Shown here: positions 35,719 through 45,780 of the stretch, in pieces
Position numbering within the stretch: position 1 is the stretch's first letter
Layout: every line of letters begins with the position of its first letter
Assembly: GCA_030529135.1 (NCBI GenBank)
Contig: JAUMXO010000001.1
Location: 15,335 to 79,334 of the forward strand
Reading direction: 5' to 3'
DNA from: Candidatus Saccharimonadota bacterium
Lineage (GTDB): Bacteria; Patescibacteriota; Saccharimonadia; Saccharimonadales; Saccharimonadaceae
Length of the DNA stretch: 64,000 bases
Position numbers and translations under genes: made by a program
The notes under the pieces: generated by a model
Databases searched by the model: none
Told to the model about the DNA's origin: nothing
Seen by the model: the letters and a program-made list of their open reading frames with translations, nothing else

Positions 35719-36996
35719 ATGCGCATAAAAACGCCAATATATATTAGAAGACTTTTTTGGCCCTCAAGTGCACTCTCTATCGTTCTAGCTGCAGCTTTAT
35801 ATGCTATTCCTAGCCCTGCAGCGCTAGCAAACAATACTGCCTTGCTTACCGCCGAAGTGCATGAAGCTGAGTTATCGATGTCGATACCAGATGACCACGT
35901 AGTTCTTAGCTTAAACGCCAGCACGGCTGCCCTCGTGGATGATAATTTATCAGTTTATGTCACTACCACTAGCCAATATGGCTATACTTTGATGATGTCC
36001 GCAGATTCTAGCAACCTTACCCGTACAGAAGCCATAGATGAATCATATCCCATAATTTCTACATTGGCAGCCGATAGCACTGCAGAAAACTTTGGTGTTA
36101 ACCGGTGGGGGTACAGACTATCTAGCGAAAACACGTATCATCCATTCGATAATTATGGAACTCAAGTGGGGTATAAGAACACTTCTATTACTGATGATGA
36201 AAATATTATCAATTTTGCTAGTAGAGTCAACTCAGCTACTGTCGCTGGCACTTATAATCTTACTTTGATATTTAACGCTACTGTCAATCCTAAACCAATG
36301 ACAATTGACGACCTAGCGTATTTACAAGATTTTACTACGATTAGTGAGGATGATTTCGACTCAGTGCTTGCTTCTATGACCGTTGGCACTAGCTATACTT
36401 TGACAGACTCCCGTGACGAGCAAAATTACACCATCGTTAAATTAGCTAATGGTCAAATTTGGATGACCAGGAACCTGGCTATTGGCTGTGCAGGGTCAGG
36501 CGACACTTACAGTAATAACTTCTCAGCTAAATCTCTCACTTCCGCCAATTCTAATATTGCATCAGCTTGGACTACATCTACCACCAGCTTAGCCTCCGGT
36601 GCTTCGTTCAGCGAGCCGTATCAAACTTGCAATTCGACTCACGGAGCTTATTACAATATCAACGCTGTTTCTGCAGGTACCGTTTCTAATAGCCCTAGTT
36701 CTTTGACTTCAATCACATACGACATTTGTCCAAAAGGCTGGAAATTACCTAATTCGTCAGAAGCTCAATCGCTAGTTTCAGCTATTGGCTCTAGCCCAAG
36801 CACATTTAATCCAACTACTAGTGGTTATTGGGCGGATGGCACATATCAAGCCGAGGCACTTTCGCTTTGGTGGAGCTCTGCCTTGCGAAATGCTTCAAGC
36901 GGTATGTATAACTTTATCATGTACTCCGGAGGGACTTTAAGATATACCGATAACTGGGGCTCTAGAGGGTTCAACGTTCGTTGTTTGCTGAAATAG
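35719..36996 (+). CDS. secreted FISUMP-like domain protein
   Basis: Signal peptide; DSRDEQNYTIVKLANGQIWMTRNL, ICPKGWKLP, GFNVRC. Confidence 0.82.
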   Translation: MRIKTPIYIRRLFWPSSALSIVLAAALYAIPSPAALANNTALLTAEVHEAELSMSIPDDHVVLSLNASTAALVDDNLSVYVTTTSQYGYTLMMSADSSNLTRTEAIDESYPIISTLAADSTAENFGVNRWGYRLSSENTYHPFDNYGTQVGYKNTSITDDENIINFASRVNSATVAGTYNLTLIFNATVNPKPMTIDDLAYLQDFTTISEDDFDSVLASMTVGTSYTLTDSRDEQNYTIVKLANGQIWMTRNLAIGCAGSGDTYSNNFSAKSLTSANSNIASAWTTSTTSLASGASFSEPYQTCNSTHGAYYNINAVSAGTVSNSPSSLTSITYDICPKGWKLPNSSEAQSLVSAIGSSPSTFNPTTSGYWADGTYQAEALSLWWSSALRNASSGMYNFIMYSGGTLRYTDNWGSRGFNVRCLLK

Positions 36997-37062
36997 CTTA
37001 AGCCGCATTATCCTATTGGCAGGGCTTTATTTTCCCAGAGAAATTGTGGTATAATAATAGAC

Positions 37063-40000
37063 ATGAAATATAGAGCGGGAGAGCGCCGAAAGGCGATAGA
37101 GTATGAAAAGGCTCTCATCGATTGGTGGAAGAAAAATAAAACTTTTGAAAAATCTATCGAAGAGCGGCCAGAAGATAAATCTTATGTTTTTTATGATGGT
37201 CCACCATTCATTACTGGCATGCCTCATCATGGAACGCTTTTGAGTTCCATTGTTAAAGATGCCGTTCCGCGTTTTTGGACTATGCGTGGTTACAGAGTAG
37301 AGAGAAGATGGGGCTGGGATTGCCACGGCCTTCCTGCTGAAAATTTTGTTGAAAAACAACTTGGTATTACTGATAGAAGAGAAATCGGCACCAAGTGGTC
37401 GCTAGAAGACTACATTACCAAAGCTCGCGAATCCATGGTTGCTAATTCTGAAGAATGGCGTAGCACCATTGATCGTTGCGGTCGGTGGGTAGATTTTGAT
37501 AACCCCTATCGTACCATGAATAAAGATTTTATGGAATCTGTCTGGTGGGCTTTCAAGAAGCTATATGATGCTGGCAAGATTTACGAAGGTCGCAAGGTCC
37601 TAATGTATGACACCAAGTTTGCCACTCCTGTTTCAAAAGCCGAAGTCACTATGGATAACGACGCCTATCAAACCGTCACTGACCCAAGTGCGTACGTTAA
37701 GTTTAAACTTAGAAATTCGGAAGATACTCTTTCGAGGAGCATATTTGGCGACGAGCCAAATACGAAGCGATTGAGCCCCGTAACGATGGGCGCGAAGGAG
37801 CGTTCCGAGAAAGACGTATCTCCGGATTTCTACTTCTTAGCTTGGACTACCACCCCTTGGACTTTGATGGCCAATCGTGCTCTTGCAATCAGCAAAAAGA
37901 TGGAATATGGTGTTTATGACATAGACGGTCAGAAACTTATCGTTGCCACTAAGCGTGCTGAACAAATTTTTGGCTCAAACCCTCCCGAAAGAGTATTAAA
38001 GGGAAAAGAGCTAGAAGGTCTAGAATATGAATCGTTAGATGGTACCAAGTGTAAAGTTTTTGCCGCAGACTTTGTAGGTGAAGAAGAGGGTACCGGCATC
38101 GTTCATGTTGCCCCAGCTTACGGCGAAGATGATTACGAATTGTTCAGAGCTCACGAAAAAGAAATTGACTTCGTGGATACTTTAGACGAAAACGGTTATT
38201 ATATAAAAGAATACGCTGACAAACTTCACAAATTAGGCGTCCGCGACACCGATGAGCATGGCATCCAAATCTGGGCCGCCAACAAATTTATTGCCAAATG
38301 CCTAGAAGAAAAAGGAATTATCTATAAAATTGAATATATTCAGCATGAATACCCATTCAACCCTAGAAGCAAAGAACGTATTATGTATCGCGCTTTCCCG
38401 TCTTGGTTCTTTGATATCGAAGGCCAAAAGCCCTTAATGCTAGCCGAAAACGAAAATATCAACTGGTTTCCAGGATATCTCAAGCACGGTCGCTTTGCCA
38501 AAAATATCGAAGCCGCACCGGACTGGAATCTCTCTCGTGATCGTTTTTGGGCTACTGCCATGCCAGTTTGGAAGGGTGACAAAGGCTCGATCAAAGTTGT
38601 AGGCTCATATAAAGAGCTAGAAGAGTTATCAGGAAAGAGACTCGAAGATTATCATCGTCCATGGGTAGACGAAATTGAATTTGATATTAAAGGCGAACAT
38701 TTTACTCGTATTGAAAAAGTGCTCGACTGCTGGTTTGAATCTGGCTCCATGCCGTTTGCTCAGCTACATTATCCATTCGAGAATAAGGAAAAATTTGAAA
38801 AAAACTATCCTGCCGATTTTATCGTAGAATATGTCGGCCAGGTTCGCGCCTGGTTCTACTACGTACATGTAGTTAATACCGCTCTTGCCGACATCGGAGC
38901 CTTCGGTGACAAGGCTAAAAACGGTCACAAAAACGCGTACAAAAATGTGATCACTACCGGTACATTAGCCGGGAACGATGGCCGCAAGATGAGTAAATCC
39001 CTTGGTAACTATACCGATCCAAACGAACTTATGGATCAATATTCTGCCGACGCTTACAGATTTTTGCTCCTCATGAGCCCGGTCATGTCTGGCGAAGATT
39101 TTGCCATGTTGGATAAGGATGTTTCCGACATTAATCGTAAACTTGCAATGCTCTGGAACGTCTACGATTTCTTTACTACTTATGCCGAAATTGAAAATCT
39201 CGGCCCGGAGGATTTTGATAAACCTATCCGACTCAAATCTCCTCTAGACAATTGGATTACCCAGCGTTTTTACCAACTTCGTGATGAAATCACTACTGGT
39301 ATGGAAGAATACAACATACCAAAGGCGCTCCAAGGTGTTCTTCCGTTTATTGACGACTTGTCCAACTGGTATGTTCGTCGTTCTCGTCGTCGTTTTTCTA
39401 AAAACGATAATCAAGAAGATAAACTCGCCGCTTTTTACACGCTTTATTCCATGCTCAAGATGACCGCTATTATCCTCGCACCATTTACCCCGTTTCTCTC
39501 AGAAGAATTGTATCAAAAAATCACTATGAAAGAAGATTCGGTTCATCTATTAGCTTGGCCAGCCGCCATTGATGACGAGTCAATCCATGATACCATTCTA
39601 TCTGACATGACTCGTACCCGCCAGATTATTACAGATGCCTTAGCTCTTAGAATGCAAAAATCCGATACCGAGGATCAAATCAAGGTTCGCCAGCCACTTG
39701 CATCGCTAGTATATGACGGTGACAAGCTAGACAATTTTTATGAGCAGATTATTAAGGACGAAGTCAACGTTAAAGAAGTCAAAAATGGCAAAGAATTAAA
39801 ACTAGACAAGACCCTCACGAAAGAATTAAGGGAAGAAGGCTATGTTCGTGATCTCATTCGTGCGGTCCAATCTGCTAGAAAACATGCCGGTCTTCAAATG
39901 GACGACCATATTAAGCTTAGTCTTTCCGTCGAGATTCCAAAAGATTACATAGAGCTTGTGAAAACCGAAGTTTTAGCAGACACGATTGATGACGGCAACT

Positions 40001-40065
40001 ACGCCCACGATGAAATTGCCAAAATAGGGAAAGATAATATAACTATCTCGTTAGAGAAAAATTAA
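37063..40065 (+). CDS. ileS: isoleucine-tRNA ligase (type 2-like) with in-frame palindromic insert
   Basis: FYDGPPFITGMPHHG, WGWDCHGLP, AWTTTPWTL, DWNLSRDRFW, KMSKS. Confidence 0.96.
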   Translation: MKYRAGERRKAIEYEKALIDWWKKNKTFEKSIEERPEDKSYVFYDGPPFITGMPHHGTLLSSIVKDAVPRFWTMRGYRVERRWGWDCHGLPAENFVEKQLGITDRREIGTKWSLEDYITKARESMVANSEEWRSTIDRCGRWVDFDNPYRTMNKDFMESVWWAFKKLYDAGKIYEGRKVLMYDTKFATPVSKAEVTMDNDAYQTVTDPSAYVKFKLRNSEDTLSRSIFGDEPNTKRLSPVTMGAKERSEKDVSPDFYFLAWTTTPWTLMANRALAISKKMEYGVYDIDGQKLIVATKRAEQIFGSNPPERVLKGKELEGLEYESLDGTKCKVFAADFVGEEEGTGIVHVAPAYGEDDYELFRAHEKEIDFVDTLDENGYYIKEYADKLHKLGVRDTDEHGIQIWAANKFIAKCLEEKGIIYKIEYIQHEYPFNPRSKERIMYRAFPSWFFDIEGQKPLMLAENENINWFPGYLKHGRFAKNIEAAPDWNLSRDRFWATAMPVWKGDKGSIKVVGSYKELEELSGKRLEDYHRPWVDEIEFDIKGEHFTRIEKVLDCWFESGSMPFAQLHYPFENKEKFEKNYPADFIVEYVGQVRAWFYYVHVVNTALADIGAFGDKAKNGHKNAYKNVITTGTLAGNDGRKMSKSLGNYTDPNELMDQYSADAYRFLLLMSPVMSGEDFAMLDKDVSDINRKLAMLWNVYDFFTTYAEIENLGPEDFDKPIRLKSPLDNWITQRFYQLRDEITTGMEEYNIPKALQGVLPFIDDLSNWYVRRSRRRFSKNDNQEDKLAAFYTLYSMLKMTAIILAPFTPFLSEELYQKITMKEDSVHLLAWPAAIDDESIHDTILSDMTRTRQIITDALALRMQKSDTEDQIKVRQPLASLVYDGDKLDNFYEQIIKDEVNVKEVKNGKELKLDKTLTKELREEGYVRDLIRAVQSARKHAGLQMDDHIKLSLSVEIPKDYIELVKTEVLADTIDDGNYAHDEIAKIGKDNITISLEKN
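37711..37831 (+). repeat. GC-rich palindromic element, in-frame in ileS
   Basis: Imperfect arms 37711-37733 / 37809-37831; TATTTGGC-GACGA-GCCAAATA hairpin; 21/23 match to polA copy core. Confidence 0.85.
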
Positions 40066-40228
40066 AGTAGTTTTTGTGAGCATAATGAGATCTAGACCAG
40101 ATTTTTGAACGTAATTTTTACGGCATAACAATGTAAAAATATTCCAGAATTATAAGAATATTTTTACTTGACTTTATGCTGTGAAAATTACAAGTTCAAA
40201 AGTCCAAGCTCACAAAAACTACTTTAAT
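40061..40228. repeat. long AT-rich imperfect hairpin after ileS
   Basis: Perfect 21-bp arms 40061-40081 / 40208-40228, second helix about 40103-40128 / 40174-40201, inner 12-bp helix 40133-40144 / 40156-40167. Confidence 0.8.
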
Positions 40229-40265
40229 TTATATCTGTTACGCAGCTATTTAACCATAAAAGGTA

Positions 40266-40294
40266 TTGACTTTTTAGCATAAGTGTGCTATACT
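40266..40294 (+). promoter_or_regulatory. near-consensus sigma70 promoter
   Basis: TTGACT-17-TATACT with extended TG. Confidence 0.75.
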
Positions 40295-40378
40295 GAAATT
40301 AAGTTAGAAAATAAAACAAACATTCTAACAACCCCACCAAAACCAAAATAAAAACATAAAAAACAAAAAGGAGCAAAC

Positions 40379-40624
40379 ATGGCGGAAAAATTAAAAACTC
40401 AAACTTTAAACATCCCAAACAAAGTAGTTGATTCGGAATGGAAAGACGACATCGATGTAGACTACGCCATCTACGGAGACAACGAGAAAGCAGAAGGAGA
40501 ATACATTAGCCCGAAGAGCGTTAGCAAAGAATCCATTAAAGAAATCAAGAACTTTCAAACCAAATTAGCCTTCAGTGGCCTCAAGAAATTTAGACAACAA
40601 GAATTAAACAAGGCTGCGGCCTAA
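40379..40624 (+). CDS. hypothetical protein (81 aa) ending KAAA
   Basis: AAGGAG RBS, strong promoter upstream. Confidence 0.7.
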   Translation: MAEKLKTQTLNIPNKVVDSEWKDDIDVDYAIYGDNEKAEGEYISPKSVSKESIKEIKNFQTKLAFSGLKKFRQQELNKAAA

Positions 40625-40661
40625 ACACTAAGACAGACATACCTGAGAGGAGCACATTAAT

Positions 40662-40745
40662 ATGAAAGGAGTATTATATAGGATAGATCCGCTATACGTG
40701 CATATTGTATATCACATGTTATTAGCTATACTTAGTATCGTCTAA
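40662..40745 (+). CDS. putative 27-aa hydrophobic small peptide
   Basis: GAGAGGAG RBS then MKGVLYRIDPLYVHIVYHMLLAILSIV*; below ORF-track cutoff. Confidence 0.4.
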   Translation: MKGVLYRIDPLYVHIVYHMLLAILSIV

Positions 40746-40814
40746 AGACCAGAAAAGCAAAAAACAAAAGAAAGGATACCAATGTAACGAAAGTCTAAAA
40801 ATAAATACTAGCCA

Positions 40815-40851
40815 TTTTAAAAAACCGAACACCACGTTCGGTTTTTTAAAA
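40815..40851 (+). terminator. intrinsic terminator
   Basis: TTTTAAAAAACCGAAC-ACCAC-GTTCGGTTTTTTAAAA. Confidence 0.8.
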
Positions 40852-40936
40852 CCATAACAAAACGCTTGACCCACCATTCCGTTTATGATAATCTTAGAGC
40901 AGAAAGGTAATACAACACACTAAAAAAATTAAAACC

Positions 40937-41266
40937 ATGGAATCATATCTTGTCGATCCGGCAGTTCTAGGGGAATTTGTGGACGCTCTCATCAGCGAAA
41001 AATACCCAGATCAGCCAGCTAGCGACCATACTAGCGAAAAAGAAGACGCAGTTCGTGCGTTAGACCATCAAATTTTAAAGGCTATCCTTGCGAATCTGAC
41101 CGAAGAACAGGGTAGTGAACTGAATCAACTCCTAGATAACGAAGGTTCTAACGAATCTACTTTTGAAGAATTTTTCAAAAAACACAATATCGATTTGAAA
41201 AAAACAATCGAAGATACCATGGTTAAATTCAGAGACGATTTTTTAAGAGGAGGTGAAAATGCCTAA
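40937..41266 (+). CDS. hypothetical acidic protein (109 aa)
   Basis: Open frame, overlaps next gene start. Confidence 0.7.
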   Translation: MESYLVDPAVLGEFVDALISEKYPDQPASDHTSEKEDAVRALDHQILKAILANLTEEQGSELNQLLDNEGSNESTFEEFFKKHNIDLKKTIEDTMVKFRDDFLRGGENA

Positions 41267-43025
41267 AAATCCAGAACTATCAAGTGGCAATCCTGGTGAG
41301 TCAAAGGAAGCTAGCAACGAGGCTATTAATAAAGAACGTGGCAATAAAGTCAATAATATTGAAGCCCTGCTCAGAAGGCGCGAAGAATTACTAAAAAGAC
41401 GAGAATATCTAGAAGGAATTATTCGTCAGCTTGATAGCGAGGTAAAATCACCAGTATCCACGTCTGAACCAACTAAAGCCGAAGCTTCGGCATCCAATAT
41501 AACATCCGTTGCGGGCGAAGCCGAATCTACTGCCGCAAAAGATGAATCATCAGAAGAAGATAAAACTTCAAAGTCAGAAACTGCCCCAACGCCAAGTAAT
41601 CTCGGCGAAAAAATTAAGAAAAAATCTGGCCTTAGGAATTTAATTACCGGCATCGCCGCTGGTCTTGCTGTTACTATTTTTGCAGGCGGGTTTATGGCTA
41701 GTTACAACAAAAATGCCAAAGCCGCCGCACTTGCTGGCGGTGGAGCCGTACCAAAAGTTGAATCAGAAGTCGCTAATGAGAACTCGGTAGAAAATACTCA
41801 GTATGCCGGCGAAACTATTAATGGCGTTAAGTATGACTATACAGAATATGCTGACCGAAAAAATAAAGTTTCATATAACGCCTATGGTTATGACTATTCC
41901 GACCAATATGATAATAGGGAGGCTGCTACCAATGGTATTATGCGCATGGCCGGAGAAGAACCAGAAGCGCTCGCTTCCTATGCATATAATATATTTACCG
42001 ATACAGAGAAGGAAGAGCTGAATATTAAAGGCTTATCCATGGTAGAGATTGATGATAAATTTAATTCAGCTGGCGGCGGTGAGCTGCAGAAGAATCTTTT
42101 GGGTAAGCTAGATCAAGTTTTGAGGAGTGAAAAAACTAATTTTAGATTTTATCACGAAAATGGCACCGAAGAAACTAATTATGTTTATTTTGTAGATAGC
42201 AATAAAGACGGTAATTATACTCCAGACGAGCTGCATCTTGGTTACGACACTAAGAAACGCAGCAACGCTCCTCAGGTAGACATTTCTCGTACTATCGAGA
42301 ACTCAGATGGTACGACTAAGACACAAAAAATGCTTGATCTTAATATGAAGTGTGGCTATCAGCCAAATTATCAGAAGGCTCCAATAGGCGTGCCGCCGAT
42401 ACCTGCCGATAAACCAGTAGCTCAAGTTATCAAGGGGGGCGGTGCTGCCCAAATTATCAAAGGTGGCGGTCCAAATACTCCGACCCCGACGCCAAAACCA
42501 GAGCCAAAACCAAAGCCAAAACCAGATCCTAAGCCAGAGAAACATATACCGAAGAATGTTGAAGCTGAAAAACAAAATGCTGGCGATCGTGTTACCCCAT
42601 TGCCAATTGATAATAAAGTCACTCCGCCAACTACCGAAGCTGAAGATCGCAAAAACTTTGATGCTATAGCCGAACAACAACGACAACAGCAAGCCGCCGC
42701 CGAACAGGCTGCCCGTGTAGCAGCTGAACAAGCCGCCGCTGAGCAGGCCGCCGCTGCCGAAGCCGCTGCTAGAGCCAAAGCCGACGAAGAAGCTGCTCAG
42801 GCTCAAGCTGCCAACGAGGCCGCTGCTAGAGCTGCAGAAGAAGCCGCTCGCGCTCAGGAAGAAGCAAATCGACAAGAAGCAGAACAACGAGCTCAAGAAG
42901 AGGCAGCTCAGCAGGCTCAGGCAGAAGCCGATGCTCAAGCTGAGCAAAACAATCAGGAAGCTGAATCACATAATGATGATAACGCTAGCGAACGTGCTGC
43001 AGACTTCAATAGTGGAGATTTCTAA
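41259..43025 (+). CDS. single-pass membrane protein with Pro-Lys linker and Ala/Glu/Gln-rich helical tail
   Basis: GGAGG RBS; TM LITGIAAGLAVTIFAGGFMA; PKPEPKPKP; AAEQ repeats. Confidence 0.8.
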   Translation: MPKNPELSSGNPGESKEASNEAINKERGNKVNNIEALLRRREELLKRREYLEGIIRQLDSEVKSPVSTSEPTKAEASASNITSVAGEAESTAAKDESSEEDKTSKSETAPTPSNLGEKIKKKSGLRNLITGIAAGLAVTIFAGGFMASYNKNAKAAALAGGGAVPKVESEVANENSVENTQYAGETINGVKYDYTEYADRKNKVSYNAYGYDYSDQYDNREAATNGIMRMAGEEPEALASYAYNIFTDTEKEELNIKGLSMVEIDDKFNSAGGGELQKNLLGKLDQVLRSEKTNFRFYHENGTEETNYVYFVDSNKDGNYTPDELHLGYDTKKRSNAPQVDISRTIENSDGTTKTQKMLDLNMKCGYQPNYQKAPIGVPPIPADKPVAQVIKGGGAAQIIKGGGPNTPTPTPKPEPKPKPKPDPKPEKHIPKNVEAEKQNAGDRVTPLPIDNKVTPPTTEAEDRKNFDAIAEQQRQQQAAAEQAARVAAEQAAAEQAAAAEAAARAKADEEAAQAQAANEAAARAAEEAARAQEEANRQEAEQRAQEEAAQQAQAEADAQAEQNNQEAESHNDDNASERAADFNSGDF

Positions 43026-43045
43026 AATTAATAAAAAAGGAAGGA

Positions 43046-44773
43046 ATGATACTTATGAAACATCAGAAAATCAAGCGAATCTTTACTAAAATCAAAATCC
43101 CTATAATGCTATTTGCGGCTCTGGCTACGACTGTCACTATCAGTACCATGTTTGCTCCAACCGACACCAAGGCTTGGGGTCCTACCGATCGTCCTACTTA
43201 TACTAACGAGAAGCCGGCTGACTATGCTACCTTTAACTCTATTACCAATAACGTAGCCGTAGGTGATGAGCGGAATTTTGTACGTATTCGCGAAGCTGGC
43301 ACCGAAAATACTTTTGTAGATGAGTTAGAGATTGTCCCGGGCCACGAATACGAAGTTTATATTTACTATCACAATAATGCCGCTTCAGACACCAACGAAA
43401 AAGGCTATGGCGTGGCTACTAATACACGTGTTGCTTCTGCTTATCCTACAATGGTAAACAGTAATGAACGCGGCATGGTTAGTGGTATTATTACTTGGAG
43501 TTACGTTACTCCATCCGCACCGAACACCCCAAAAGATGGCAAAGTCTGGGACGAGGCTTATATTACCAGCAAAACTGACGGTGTAGTTTTGAAATATAAA
43601 ACTGGTTCAGCTATCATCCATAATAGCGGTGAAGCTAATGGCTCAGTCCTGCCTTATACTCTATTTACTAACGAGGGTACACCTATCGGATTCAATAAGC
43701 TTGGCGGTACTCTCCCAGGTTGCGCTGAATATTCCGGTCATATTACTTATACTTTAATAGCTGAGAACCCAGGCTCAGAACTTTCTAAACAAGTTTCTAC
43801 GGATGGGGAAAATTGGTTTAATAGTGTTACTGTCAAACCAGGTGATTTTGTCACCTACAAAGTAATGTTTAAAAACACTGGCAATACCAATTTCACCAAT
43901 CTTATTCTTACTGATTCTCACGACGCAGATTTACTTCTAAGATCTGGGTCTACTAAAGTTTATGATTATGAACATGCTGACGGATATACTATAGATGATA
44001 TTATTGATATTAGTGGTCATAATACCGGAGATATTCATGCTGGTGGCCTCACTCAATTGATCTATCAAATGCAAGTCAAAGAAGATAGCTCAACCTGTGG
44101 CAAGACCTTGAACAATACTATCACTGCCAATTTTAATTCTACCGAAACCAAAACCGCCGGGGCCGAAGTTAGCGTAAATTGTGAAGACCAGCCTACACCC
44201 CCACCTTCTACCAGGGAAGACTGTAATACTAACCCCAACCTTCCGGGTTGCCAGCAAACTCCTTCTAGAATTGTCGATACTGGTCCAGTAGAAATTGCTA
44301 TAGCTGCAGCTATCCTAATTGGCATTGGCGGAGCTGTTTTCTATCTCGTACGTACTAGACGTACTCTAAAAACCGTTGAGGATGTCGTAACTGGTGATAC
44401 TAAAGAAAATATCACTCCTGAACAAGCCAATGGCCCAGTTGCGCCAGCCGGGTTTTCCACCCCAGCCGATCAAATTACTCCAGCCGAACCGGCAAACACA
44501 TCAGACGTAGCCCACAACGAAGAACCACTAGCTTCAGCAGAACCAGTTGAGCCAGAAACTACTGCGCCATCGGAACCAACTCAATTTAATGGACCAGAAA
44601 ACTCATCTGAACCAGCCAAGGTAGAAGAAACTCAGGATCCATCTGAATCAGTTCAGCCCGAAGAAACCCAAGACCCATCTGAGCTAACCCAATCTGAACC
44701 AGCTCACGACTCATCCGAGCCAGTTCGATCTGGAGAATCGTCTTCTTCAGAAGACCCAGCGGACCAGGCCTAA
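43046..44773 (+). CDS. DUF11-like surface protein with C-terminal TM and acidic tail
   Basis: FNSITNN...DERNFVRI, VTVKPGDFVTYKVMFKNTG, IVDTGP plus TM helix. Confidence 0.75.
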   Translation: MILMKHQKIKRIFTKIKIPIMLFAALATTVTISTMFAPTDTKAWGPTDRPTYTNEKPADYATFNSITNNVAVGDERNFVRIREAGTENTFVDELEIVPGHEYEVYIYYHNNAASDTNEKGYGVATNTRVASAYPTMVNSNERGMVSGIITWSYVTPSAPNTPKDGKVWDEAYITSKTDGVVLKYKTGSAIIHNSGEANGSVLPYTLFTNEGTPIGFNKLGGTLPGCAEYSGHITYTLIAENPGSELSKQVSTDGENWFNSVTVKPGDFVTYKVMFKNTGNTNFTNLILTDSHDADLLLRSGSTKVYDYEHADGYTIDDIIDISGHNTGDIHAGGLTQLIYQMQVKEDSSTCGKTLNNTITANFNSTETKTAGAEVSVNCEDQPTPPPSTREDCNTNPNLPGCQQTPSRIVDTGPVEIAIAAAILIGIGGAVFYLVRTRRTLKTVEDVVTGDTKENITPEQANGPVAPAGFSTPADQITPAEPANTSDVAHNEEPLASAEPVEPETTAPSEPTQFNGPENSSEPAKVEETQDPSESVQPEETQDPSELTQSEPAHDSSEPVRSGESSSSEDPADQA

Positions 44774-44905
44774 TTAGTCACCTCTTGTCAATCATATTTA
44801 TCTATGCTATAATAAAAGCATAATATTAGCTCAGTAAACGAGCCATTGGGACAGCGAGAACCAAGCTATTTCCCATCTGCGTTTGCTTTAACCAAAGGAG
44901 TAAAT

Positions 44906-45289
44906 ATGAAAGACTATGAACTTTCTATCCTCTTTCATCCCGATCTCGAGATGAACTTAGACCCAGCTCTAGATAAGGTCAAGAAATTGATCGAGACTAG
45001 TGGTGGCAAAATAGTAAAAGAAGAACCAGAAGGCAAAAAACGCCTTTGCTATCCAATCGATGGCAATGAATTCGCTCTCTACTATTTCTTTGACGTTTCA
45101 CTTCCGACTGCTGCTCCAGCCAAAATTTCAAATACGCTAGGGATCACTGACGAAGTTATCCGCTATCTCATTGTGAAAGCGGATCCACGTCGCGCCAAAG
45201 CAGTTGCCGCTAAAGAAGCTAGGGAAGCTGAAGAAGCTAAGACTGCCTCTGAAGAAGAAAGCAAAGTTACTAAAGAAGAGGAGGCCTAA
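44906..45289 (+). CDS. rpsF: 30S ribosomal protein S6
   Basis: MKDYELSILFHP, GKKRLCYPI, VIRYLIVK; AAGGAG RBS. Confidence 0.95.
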   Translation: MKDYELSILFHPDLEMNLDPALDKVKKLIETSGGKIVKEEPEGKKRLCYPIDGNEFALYYFFDVSLPTAAPAKISNTLGITDEVIRYLIVKADPRRAKAVAAKEAREAEEAKTASEEESKVTKEEEA

Positions 45290-45750
45290 TGCGCGGATTT
45301 TCTAAAGCTATTATTACCGGTAATCTTACTAGGGATCCAGAGCTTAGAAGTACCACTTCTGGTAATTCTGTTTGTTCTTTCTCGGTCGCTGTTAACCGCA
45401 CTTATCGTGGCCCTGGTGGTGAAAACAAAGAAGATGTATCCTACATCGATTGTTCCGCTTGGGGCAAACTCGGTGAGATGATTGCTCAGTATGCTAAAAA
45501 AGGCTCCGGAGTGCTTGTTTCTGGTCGCCTCAACCAACGCAGCTGGGAAGACAAGGCCGGCAATAAACGTTCTAACGTCGAAATCGTCGTTGAAGATTTT
45601 AATTTCACCGGCAGTGCACCGAATAGAGATGGTGGTTCATCCAGCTCGTATAGCTCTAGCAGTAGCTCTTCTATATCAGATGACATTTCTTCGGATATGC
45701 CTACTGATATTCCAGATGGTGAAGTAGATCTATCAGAAGTGCCATTTTAA
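45289..45750 (+). CDS. ssb: single-stranded DNA-binding protein
   Basis: GNLTRDPELR, FSVAVNR, C-terminal LSEVPF. Confidence 0.96.
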   Translation: MRGFSKAIITGNLTRDPELRSTTSGNSVCSFSVAVNRTYRGPGGENKEDVSYIDCSAWGKLGEMIAQYAKKGSGVLVSGRLNQRSWEDKAGNKRSNVEIVVEDFNFTGSAPNRDGGSSSSYSSSSSSSISDDISSDMPTDIPDGEVDLSEVPF

Positions 45751-45780
45751 TTGATAACAAATTAAGGAAGGATAGTATAA

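Noticed and set aside
40189-40199. TACAAGTTCAA matching the RhuM operator half-site
   Set aside because: Single half-site without the N9-spaced partner, in AT-rich DNA; probably chance.
42440-42960. Repeats suggesting a CRISPR array
   Set aside because: They are in-frame PK and AAEQ coding repeats with no constant repeat-spacer period; no cas genes in the window.
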